A stretch of DNA of 34,831 nucleotides from contig CAJNYD010000118.1 in NCBI GenBank assembly GCA_905331295.1, positions 1 to 34,831 of the forward strand. The letters run 5' to 3'. The DNA comes from Rotaria socialis (Eukaryota). The translations under genes and the position numbers were made by a program. Under the pieces are notes generated by a model. It did no database searches and had not been told where the DNA came from. It saw only the letters and a program-made list of their open reading frames with translations. Position 1 is the first letter of the stretch; each line of letters starts with the position of its first letter. Shown here in pieces: positions 24,379-34,831 of this stretch.

Positions 24379-26289
24379 GTGCCTATCCTCTATTGACACC
24401 CACGCCCTCAAGGTTAATTCCATTGCGCATATCATACTTAACTTTATTTTCCTCATATGAGCATTTTCCTCGAAAGAATTTCTTGTTCCTCATTCAAGTT
24501 TTTCATTACACAAAAAGGTTAAAGTTTATGATGTATTACAATATAACACAATAACTCCCAGTCTCTCCACGACTATTGCAAATACCTCTTCAACCTTTGG
24601 GTATGGGTGTGACAAGAAGAACTATATCCATACCCACACCCACACCCTATCTGCCTTTACAATCGATATTAAGATGCAGCATTAATAAGTTGTAATGAAT
24701 CTGAACCACAATTTTTATGTTTCGTTTGAGATACAACAATACCAGTTTCATTTAGACACTTGGAATGTGACTTAAAAAAAACTACTATTTCTTTTTGTCG
24801 ATTTTACACCCTAGTCATGATATTTTTCAAACGAGTGTTAAGAAAGATGATACTATTTGGATTGATGATATTTTCCAACTTAGCAAATTTAACATTGACA
24901 TGTGTTCACTTACGGCACACATAATGAAAGATTCAAAAAGAAATTAATATCGAGAATAGGACATGTAGGTGGTGGTTCATCTTTTACATCTTGATAGAAG
25001 AAAGTAGCGATGAACTATTTCAAATATCAATATATCACATACTCGATATTCTCTATTCTTAGTCAATGATGTGCTTATTTGTAAACATTCATCTTTTTAT
25101 TCTACTAGCAAACTATGTTGCATTTTATGTCTTGTTCTTATCTAACTTTTAATACTTTAATAAGCTAGTAATTCAATAATAGATTATTTAATCCAACTGA
25201 GATAATTTTAGTTTCTGTTCGAGAGAGAAAATATTAAAATCTAAAACAAAATTCTATGATCAAAATCTTGATGCAAAGTTATAGTGCTCTGTCAAATAAT
25301 CGAGACTAAAATCTGGTAATATTGTTTTATAAATATGATTATGATCCACTTAAATTTAATTATGATTTTCAAACATTATTGATTGAATGATAACTGGGAG
25401 GAGGCATTCTGCTGGATGAAATGGAATTGTTTAAGGTGAAATCATTTTTTCATTCGATAGAATCTATCGAGACCAAAGATAGTCTACAATCGTATTATAT
25501 TGTTGAATTTTTTCTTTTCTAGTTATACTCATTATGTCGGCTTTGTTTTTATATGAAGATTCATCTTTAAAATAATCGAATGGCTAAGTTTCAGCTAAAA
25601 CCTTTTGTACTCAAACATTTTTTCACTTTGCTAAAAGTCACAGGATATCAGCATCGGTGTGCGACAGAGATGTGACTGATTCAGTTAAAAAAACACGAAC
25701 CAATTTCATCATTGTTGTGTAGATACTCATAAAAGGTTCACACCCACAACGGAACAAAAATAAAAAGCATTTTATTGACTACAGATACAAAGCAATATGT
25801 GAATCTAGTTACATTTATTAATTTTCCATTTATTTCTTTTTTAGTATGCTGCGGTAAACGTTCACTTGCAAATGGCAAGGCTTCAATATCACCATGCGAC
25901 GTTTCTGATCTTCGTTGCCGTGATTGGCTTCTTTTACAGTCAGCTTGTGAAAAATCTATTTCTGTTCTTCATTAAGTTTTATTAAAAACTATTGGTAAGA
26001 TTTTTCTATTTAGTAAATAATTTTATATATTGCATTTTTGGAATTATCTGAATCAATTAATATTCATAATACTTGCGGTAATGAATTAAAATTAATTGAA
26101 AGTAAGACAGTCATCGAAGCGGCTGAAATATTATTTCATGCTATTATTATCGACAAAAACATTAATTAATATAATCTATAAATTTTTATCATATTTATGA
26201 TATTCAAAAAAACAAACAAACAAAGACGGATGCATTTTCATAACGAAATCATATTTTAAAGATCTCATGTTGTTTTGTTCATATTTTAG

Positions 26290-26787
26290 CTGTTTCAGAG
26301 ACGCATTCTTTGTGGTATACAACCATCAAGTGTTCCACATATAGGAAATTATTTAGGTAATTTTAATAAACAAAACAATTCACTCATCATTGTATATTCT
26401 ATTCATAGGTGCGATTAAAAAATGGATCGATCTACAAAATAGTGGAGATAATTTGGTTGTTATGTTAGCTGATTTACATGGTGTGACAGTACCATGTGAA
26501 CCTGATGCGTTGAGGTAGAAAAATTAATAGAATAAAAGAAAAGATTTTCTTTTAATAATTTTTTTTTAGAAAATCAGTCTTATAAACAGCTGCATCGTTA
26601 ATCACTTCTGGTATAGATCCAAAACGAAGTATTATCTATCGACAATCTGATGTCAGAATTTTAACTCTATTTTTTTGCGAATGATTAAAAAGTCATTTCT
26701 TAAAGTTTTATCATCATACTCAATTATCTTGGTTACTAAGTACATTAACTACAGTTCAAAAAGTTGGTCATATTCCAACATATAAAG
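26290..26787 (+). pseudogene. WARS2: Mitochondrial/bacterial-type tryptophanyl-tRNA synthetase N-terminal fragment (4 exons)
   Basis: Spliced translation RILCGIQPSSVPHIGNYLG|AIKKWIDLQ...LADLHGVT...|...SGIDPKRSIIYRQSD|...HTQLSWLLSTLT (HIGH-like HIGN motif). In-frame TAA at 26583-26585. No C-terminal half. Confidence 0.8.
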
Positions 26788-26951
26788 TATTTTAAAAGCT
26801 CTCTACTATGTCCGACTTAAGATGTCTCACGGCTACTTTCTATACACATTTTTAGAGCATTGAATGACGAATATTTTGATGAAAAAGAGTTAACTAAAAA
26901 CTAAAAGTTTTACTAGAACGCACGAAATTTTACTTAATTAATATTATTTAG

Positions 26952-27504
26952 CTATCGATACTGATGGTTTAGCTTGTCAAAGTCAAGATCAGCGAATATG
27001 GAATGGTGCTCGTTCAACTAAAGGAGTAAAAGGCAAAGGTAAATTGTTATTATTTACTTTGGTTTTCATATTTATTGTGTTATATGTTAGGTAGATATTA
27101 TTTTGAAATAACTCAAACTGATCCCAATGGTATTGCACGTGTTGGTTGGTCAGTACCAATAGCAATAATCGATCTTGGAACTGATAATCAAGGTTTTGTT
27201 TATGGTGGTACAGGAAAAAAGTCATTTGCAAAACAATTTGATGGTTATGATGAAACATTTGGTGTTAATGACACTATCGGAAGTTTCATTGATCTTGACC
27301 GAATGAAAATTCGATTTTTTAAAAATGCTTCGTTTAAATATCATCTTTTCATATAGAAATAATCTTCGATGTTTAGGCAAAGATCTTGGCCATGCATTTG
27401 ATCTTCCTCGTCCATTACAAAAGCATACATTTTTTGCACATGTTTGTTTGAAATCTACAGATGTTCGAGTATATTTAGGTGCAGAACCATTTAAAGGAAC
27501 ACCA
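26952..27504 (+). pseudogene. DDX1: DEAD-box helicase DDX1 SPRY-domain fragment (3 exons)
   Basis: AIDTDGLACQSQDQRIWNGARSTKGVKGK|GRYYFE...RVGWS...DLGTDNQGFVYGGTGKKSFAKQFDGYDETF...FFKN|GKDLGHAF matches the DDX1 SPRY insertion. The donor at ~27328 is CT instead of GT. No helicase core. Confidence 0.8.
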
Positions 27505-27714
27505 GTGTGTTTTTACTTGGAGCATTTGATGGACGTTATCGTGCTGTTGCATTAGTAGCAATACGTTTGACTTGAGATTGAACTAAACATGCTTTTGGTG
27601 CAATATCAATTGGCACAGCACCACGATAAACACATACAAATATATTGTTTATATTTAATAGATTATGAAACAATAAAATAAAAACATACTGGTGTTCCTT
27701 TAAATGGTTCTGCA

Positions 27715-30625
27715 TAGGGGTGTACAGTTCACGCTCATGAGCGCTCATTTGAGCGTGAGCGAGAGTGCTTGTATGCCATCGAAATACATGATCGATTCTG
27801 ATCATTTGTATCTAGTCTATTCTTCGAAAAGCTGCATTCATAATTTTTGTGCCTTTGGTACCCCTCAGGTATCGTGAATACTATTTTTTTTATTAATGAG
27901 CCAGAATCATATATATTTGAAGGTTTACTGGTGGCGATGACGAATATTATCATCAGGCCTCTAAAAAGACATTCATTCTTGAAATATCTCTAATCACTCT
28001 TTGAACTCATTCCTCATTATTTTGGCTCTCCCAGCATTATTATTCACTAAAATTCAACGGAAAGCATATTTTCTAATTCATAATTTTGCGCTCTATATGA
28101 ATCTGAACTTATTACAACCCTACGCTGTAGTATTTGGAAACAGAATAGTGAGTTCAAGCAAAAGTTCATTTTTTCTTTAAGAAATAGAATCTAGTCCCTA
28201 TGATGGTTTATGAAGTCACTGGCACTGCAACTAAAAATTCGGACTATACGTGTAATTTTTCCAGCTCTATCGATTGGTAACTTAAAAAAAGAATTAAAAT
28301 GATGTGAAACAAGTCGAGGACTCGGACGTCAAGTGAAAGAAGGCCTTTTTTACTAGATTTATCTCTATATGTTTGATTTTTAGCGTGAAATTAGTCTTTA
28401 TGGGACCTAAAACTGGGGGCATATATTTCGCTCTTCAAGCGCTATTGATTGATAGTCGCGAAAAGATAAAATCAGGTATAACAGAGGAAAATTTCGAAAA
28501 TACTGGAATATTCAGGTTAATTCAAGGCATTCTGTGAGTTTTTCTATAATTGATTGAATGATGATGGGCTTTTCAGAAAGAAAGCCTTAGGTTTTGAGCG
28601 ACCTTGCTATGTCTCTATTAGTTGATGATGGTGAGTTTTACACAAATCAGAGCGAATATGGAAGGAAGTGGATGAGATTCTCAATTGTTATCACGTCTGA
28701 TATAAGTTATACGGTGAGTTAGTGGTAAATTGCTCCTAGAGAACAAATAAGTGCAAAAAACAGTATTTGGGCTCGCTTGTATAATGGATTTGAAAAAGAA
28801 AAGATTATATTACCAACTGAATAAATTTGAGAATTCCAAGAAGTCATCTGTAACTGTTGTCTGATTGCGAGCAAGAGGTGAAGAAAAGGTGTAATTGTAC
28901 ATGATGAAGAAAAGCATGGAGATATCATAAGAGGCTCCGTTCAATTTCATCAAATCATATTCGGTATTGGGTTATATCTTTTTCCCCAACCATTAAAAAG
29001 ATAGTTTGAATTAAAAGAAATACATAATATGTTCACCAAAATTAATAATATCTGGACGCGAATGTTTTATATTGATATGAATAGTAAATCTGTCTCGTTT
29101 TGATACAGTTACATAGCTACTTCAAAAGGCATAGATAAAATATATCATTATGCTCATGGTTTTCCCCCATTATCCTCTGCTCTTAAGGGTAATGATCCTA
29201 ATAATTTTCGATGTATGCTAGATTAAGAGTAAGTTTAGTTCTACTTTCCGATAAAAATTACTGTTTAATGTGTAAAATGCTAGTGATGTTCCAGTGATCA
29301 GTTGATTGCGAGTGAATTTTCAAGACATTAGTCATATATGAGATCCAAGAAAGACAAACAAAAAAATAACAGTAATGATGACTATCACATATGATCATAG
29401 TTTGAAGTGCTAATCAATTGGAGTTAACGAAGAAGTTACCTTAGTTTTTATCAGGTATATAATCATATGATGTTATATCCTAATATAATTCATGCAGTCC
29501 TACGTTGCGTGAATGAGGCTACATGCTGACAGGAAATTACAAAGGAATCATTACTTTGGTCAATTCGAAATCCTGGCATGTTCCTGGGCACCTTCAAACT
29601 CACAAAAACCTAGATAAATATAGTACAAACTGAAAATAATCTCACAGGTTTCAACATTTGACGTAGTGGTACCCTGTTTCTTTTTCTCTCGAGTTTTCGA
29701 TCAAGAGAGGATAGAAAATAGAACATTTCGTGCGCAAATTGTGTTTTCAAAACACTAATTTGACGCAGAAAACTATGCCAGTATAGCCAAACTCAACAGA
29801 GATACGTCTGAGTTAAGTGTATTCCATTGAGTGTGCTCTTCCACGATGTTCACATCATTTAGATAAAGATCATCGAACCAAAGCTTATCAAACAGCTAAT
29901 TTACAAGAGATTCGGATGTTTATATTGATGCTCTCTAATTCAATAATATTTATTTTAGGTGATCTTTTTTTCGGCCATATTTGTTTCGACGAAGACAAAC
30001 GCTTTCTATATTTTTTTACTTCTCACCTTGTTATATCTGCTCTTCTACATTTTTGTAACTACCAATAGAAAGATGTCGAAAAATTACATTGATGGCTCGA
30101 ATCTTATGTTGTAATAGGACTGACTTCACAAACGTTCATTGGTACAAAATTCGATATGTTAAAGAAAATGCTAATTTCTGCTGTGGAATCACTAGTTCCT
30201 TTGCAAATCTTACAGTTTGTGATTGTAAAAAGTTTATATTCGCATAGAACCCAAAATTCTGAGATAGAAATGGTGTTTTTCGCTGAATTTTAGTTAATAA
30301 TTATGCTAGGAGGGTCAAATAATCAGGAAAGCGGGGCAACTAGTGATTAGAGCTATTTCACAGATCAAAGCTTTTTGAGAGTTCTTACGATGATATTCGT
30401 CATCAGCACTCCTAAATTTTCAAACTCCTACTATTTTGGCTCGTCAACAAAAAAACAATTGTATTCACGATACCTGAGGGGGACCCACCTACAAAAAGTT
30501 CGAATATTTTTGTTCCAGGAATAGGCTAGATAAAAATGACCAGAAGCGATCGCGTACTCTATCCCAAAGAAACGCTCACGCTCATGAGCGCTCATATGAG
30601 CGTGAGCGTGAGTTGTACATCCCTA
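27715..30625. mobile_element. Non-autonomous hAT-type transposon (2.9 kb) inserted in the right palindrome arm
   Basis: Termini TAGGGGTGTACAGTTCACGCTCA / TGAGCGTGAGTTGTACATCCCTA, 8-bp TSD GTTCTGCA (27707-27714, 30626-30633), GCTCA/TGAGC subterminal repeats, and ~400 bp of imperfect inverted homology. No recognisable transposase. Confidence 0.9.
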
Positions 30626-32082
30626 GTTCTGCACCTAAATTGACACGAACATCTGTAGATTTCAAACAAACATGTGCAAAAAATGTATGCTTTTGTAATG
30701 GACGAGGAAGATCAAATGCATGGCCAAGATCTTTGCCTAAACATCGAAGATTATTTCTATATGAAAAGATGATATTTAAACGAAGCATTTTTAAAAAATC
30801 GAATTTTCANTTGTTTGTTTTTTTGAATATCATAAATATGATAAAAATTTATAGATTATATTAATTAATGTTTTTGTCGATAATAATAGCATGAAATAAT
30901 ATTTCAGCCGCTTCGATGACTGTCTTACTTTCAATTAATTTTAATTCATTACCGCAAGTATTATGAATATTAATTGATTCAGATAATTCCAAAAATGCAA
31001 TATATAAAATTATTTACTAAATAGAAAAATCTTACCAATAGTTTTTAATAAAACTTAATGAAGAACAGAAATAGATTTTTCACAAGCTGACTGTAAAAGA
31101 AGCCAATCACGGCAACGAAGATCAGAAACGTCGCATGGTGATATTGAAGCCTTGCCATTTGCAAGTGAACGTTTACCGCAGCATACTAAAAAAGAAATAA
31201 ATGGAAAATTAATAAATGTAACTAGATTCACATATTGCTTTGTATCTGTAGTCAATAAAATGCTTTTTATTTTTGTTCCGTTGTGGGTGTGAACCTTTTA
31301 TGAGTATCTACACAACAATGATGAAATTGGTTCGTGTTTTTTTAACTGAATCAGTCACATCTCTGTCGCACACCGATGCTGATATCCTGTGACTTTTAGC
31401 AAAGTGAAAAAATGTTTGAGTACAAAAGGTTTTAGCTGAAACTTAGCCATTCGATTATTTTAAAGATGAATCTTCATATAAAAACAAAGCCGACATAATG
31501 AGTATAACTAGAAAAGAAAAAATTCAACAATATAATACGATTGTAGACTATCTTTGGTCTCGATAGATTCTATCGAATGAAAAAATGATTTCACCTTAAA
31601 CAATTCCATTTCATCCAGCAGAATGCCTCCTCCCAGTTATCATTCAATCAATAATGTTTGAAAATCATAATTAAATTTAAGTGGATCATAATCATATTTA
31701 TAAAACAATATTACCAGATTTTAGTCTCGATTATTTGACAGAGCACTATAACTTTGCATCAAGATTTTGATCATAGAATTTTGTTTTAGATTTTAATATT
31801 TTGTCTCTCGAACAGAAACTAAAATTATCTCAGTTGGATTAAATAATCTATTATTGAATTACTAACTTATTAAAGTATTAAAAGTTAGATAAGAACAAGA
31901 CATAAAATGCAACATAGTTTGCTAGTAGAATAAAAAGATGAATGTTTACAAATAAACACATCATTGACTAAGAATAGAGAATATCGACTATGTGATATAT
32001 TGATATTCGAAATAGTTCATCGCTACTTTCTTCTATCAAGATGTAAAAGATGAACCACCACCTACATGTCCTATTCTCGATA

Positions 32083-32568
32083 CACAGGAACAGAACTGCT
32101 ACAAAATATACTTAGATTTCGATTTCAAAATACAAAACATCTTGAACGTTTTCCCATGATTCAGTTACAAAATGCTATTTCAGAAGGGCATGCTTTGTTC
32201 TCTCAATTATTTTCCGAAGCTCAAAACTATAGAGTATCAAGCGATGTTACAAATTTAAAAAATATTATATTGCCAAATGTTACAGATGATCAAGATGAAG
32301 ATAGTGATGATTTTTCCGATGATGAATGACAATTACCAATCCAAAAACGACTACGAGTATTTCAATTATTACAACATGATATACTCAAACAATTACTTAT
32401 TCAAGAAGAACAAATGAGACTCAGTCAAGAAACACAACATTTATTAGCAAGCATTGAAGATCGAAAAGACATTGATTGGATGGATATCATCGGTGATTTA
32501 CAAACTGATTTAATCAAGACATTTCTCGGAGAAGATGCAGCACATGACGAAATTCAATATGGTTTAAG
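32083..32568 (+). pseudogene. 5'- and 3'-truncated array copy (post-ubiquitin linker, TGA CAA TTA, helical extension)
   Basis: ELLQNILRFRFQNTKHLERF...DDFSDDE* is homologous to the post-GG domain. The frame stays open after TGA (32327-32329) to the donor at 32569. The 5' end abuts the palindrome end. Confidence 0.8.
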
Positions 32569-32569
32569 G

Positions 32570-32636
32570 TAGGGGTGGGTCGTTAACATTAACTAATGTC
32601 ATTAATTAAGTTGGGTTAAAAAGTGGCCCACCCCTA
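32570..32636. mobile_element. Second copy of the TAGGGG...CCCCTA hairpin at the same deletion junction
   Basis: TAGGGGTGGGTCGTT...AGTGGCCCACCCCTA, followed by the SECIS 3' half remnant as at 4455. Confidence 0.6.
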
Positions 32637-34625
32637 ATGCAGTCGGAAAACTGATGCATGCAATTCATTTCAGTATCACAATGATATAATTCATTATATT
32701 TCGAAAAAAGTTGCATTCAGGTTTTGTATTTTGAAAGCTGGATTAATTAGTTTTACTTTTTGCTTACAAACTAGATCCGAAATAATTAATCACTTTGCCA
32801 AAAGTTATTTTTTCGAATAATAAGGCCGAACGGTACTCGTGAAGCTTAGAAAGAAGCGATAATTTTAGCTCATTTGGATCGTGTTGTACAGAATAATCTG
32901 TTGTGTTGCTGAAATATAATCGCAACACCCCCGTGCACCTGTGTTTTTGATAATGAAATTCAGACAATTAAGCTGTTTAAAATTAATTCGATGCAGGCCC
33001 GAGAAATCGTTGAGTTGAGATTTTTGAATTGATTAAAATAAAATGCAGTTGCAAATCAGTGAAACAATATTCCTCGTCATGCAACTTTCAATACTTACTC
33101 TCTCAATTATTTCGTTACTGATTTTTCATGATTTTAATTAATTGATTGTTGCTCGCAGCGATTTTGAAGTAAAATCGATTCATAACTTCGTCAACACAAG
33201 CATTCCACGGAAAATGCCTTTCTGCGCAGTCAAAACATTATTGGGACTACGATGAATAATACATGTTTAATACAGAATATTTTCCTGGTATTACTAAGAA
33301 CAGGAAAGATATACTAGACGTTTGGTTTAACGTTAATAATAAGACAATGAACACAATATTGAGAACATGATTGTTTGTGATTAGAAGTAATCGTTTTTCG
33401 GTGTGACATTCTTCTTTACACTGTACGTATCATCCTTATTTTGTATCGAAAAGAAAGTGTTCTTTGATCTGTTTGGTGCTTTTATTAATTCTTACTTAAA
33501 CGGGTCAGCTCGAGCTATAATTTAATGCTTTTGTGTAGGTCTACAGCTGCCTGCTGTGTATATTTGCACATTTACTTGCGACGAAGTATTCATAGAAAAA
33601 TCGACAAATTATTGTCGGTACAGCTTTGAATGTAAGAGCAAGTTGAAAAGATCCCAAATACGATAAAAGATAGCATGAGGGCAAAATTCTGGATACGAAA
33701 TATGGATATTTTCAACAATTGTGAATGTTCTTGAATTCTCTACTTGCTTTAAAAAAAGAGCTGAAAATTCTTCGACAATGCTATCGTTTAGATAAAATCC
33801 TAATGATGAAATTACAAAAGTATAGTATAAAAAATATTTTCCAATGAAGATTCCTAATTAATGTATTTTATATGAAATCCATGAGTCACGTTGTTTACTT
33901 TACTACACACGCAACGATTGTAAAGAAATTGCGAAATTTTTTCTCATTTCTTTTCACATAGCGAATAGATAAATACGAAAACATTCCAACATCAATTGAA
34001 ATTATGACGACTCTGTTTCTTACTTATTTTAGAAATGTATATAGGCTGAGAATAAATATAGCACGTGGTAAAATAGAAGCACGGGTTGTCAATATTCTTC
34101 CTGCAAAAGTATGTAAGGCGCATTTTTCTATCACTCGGAGAAAAACGCAATTTCTATTTTCTCTGTACGACTCTAATGATTCATCTATAGACACTAATTT
34201 ATAAAACATTGCTTCATGCTGACTGTTTTTCATTTCTAAACGTTTCATAACAACGAATAGGTTGCGTCGATCAATGTAAGTATGTTTATCTCGCGAAAAA
34301 ATAAATCAATACGGTAATCAACCAAAGCATTAAAAATTACTAATTTCAATTTTTTATGGCGCAACTTTCCTGAGTCATGTAATATTTAGTGAGAATCAGC
34401 GTATTTTAGTTTTCTGATGACTTCACTAAAGACATTAGAGAACTTTGTTCTTTTACATTGCTCGTAATTTTACATCTACCTGGCAGAATAAAAGTTAGTA
34501 ACACTAAATAATTTCACCTATTGACTTGAATTAGAGCAAAACAATTTTCTAAAAAAAAAAATTTGGCATTGCAATTCACTTATATGTTACTATCTGTGTA
34601 GTTTTAGATAACAATTTGTTTTACC

Positions 34626-34831
34626 ATGAGTACATCAGGTCCTCCAGGGGATAGTTCATCAGTGGCATTGACTGCCGTAACTCCTACGATGCCAACTTCA
34701 TTCGTCTATAAAGAGTTAGTACTTCATGTACAAACCATTCAACAAAAAATGATTACCATAGCCAAATTTATTGATGATCAATGCAAAACCGATGAAAAAA
34801 TACGACAAAAATTGAAATCACGTTCATTCAT
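34626..34831 (+). CDS. Array copy B2, 5' part (runs off the window)
   Basis: ATG AGT ACA TCA GGT CCT CCA... is highly similar to 6418 onward. The upstream 32637-34625 matches 4455-6417. Confidence 0.8.
   Translation, partial: MSTSGPPGDSSSVALTAVTPTMPTSFVYKELVLHVQTIQQKMITIAKFIDDQCKTDEKIRQKLKSRSF

Larger units (their letters stand above)
24948..32082. repeat. Large fold-back inverted duplication (left arm 24948-27515; right arm 27679-32082 interrupted by a transposon and an N)
   Basis: 24948-26219 is the reverse complement of 30811-32082; 27304-27487 of 30626-30809; 27480-27515 of 27679-27714. Only a few substitutions separate the arms. The spacer is ~160 bp. Confidence 0.9.

Noticed and set aside
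25775..25975. Identical 66-aa ORFs at 25775 (+) and 31055-31255 (-)
   Set aside because: The identity is explained by the palindrome. The ORF has a non-ATG start and crosses an apparent intron.

Overview
AT-rich eukaryotic genomic DNA with 52-63 nt GT-AG introns. The style suggests a bdelloid rotifer, which is an inference. The window holds a tandem array of alternating paralogs (A type 'MGNS/MDNS', B type 'MSTSG') of an unusual gene. The intact copy (6418-8683) reads, in one spliced frame: degenerate ubiquitin-like N-terminal region - ubiquitin domain ending LRLRGG - helical/acidic linker - in-frame TGA in the leaky context TGA-CAA-TTA - helical domain - iodothyronine-deiodinase-like thioredoxin-fold domain with a second in-frame TGA (GSYT-U-PPF). 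A well-formed type II SECIS hairpin follows in the 3' UTR. This predicts a doubly recoded, DUB-cleavable Ubl-selenoenzyme polyprotein. The other copies are truncated or frameshifted and lack the deiodinase core. A ~19.5 kb block interrupts the array (12562-32082). It contains non-autonomous DNA transposons (two hAT-type with 8-bp TSDs), MITEs, a decayed zinc-finger gene, and a large fold-back palindrome carrying intron-containing pseudo-fragments of mitochondrial TrpRS and DDX1.
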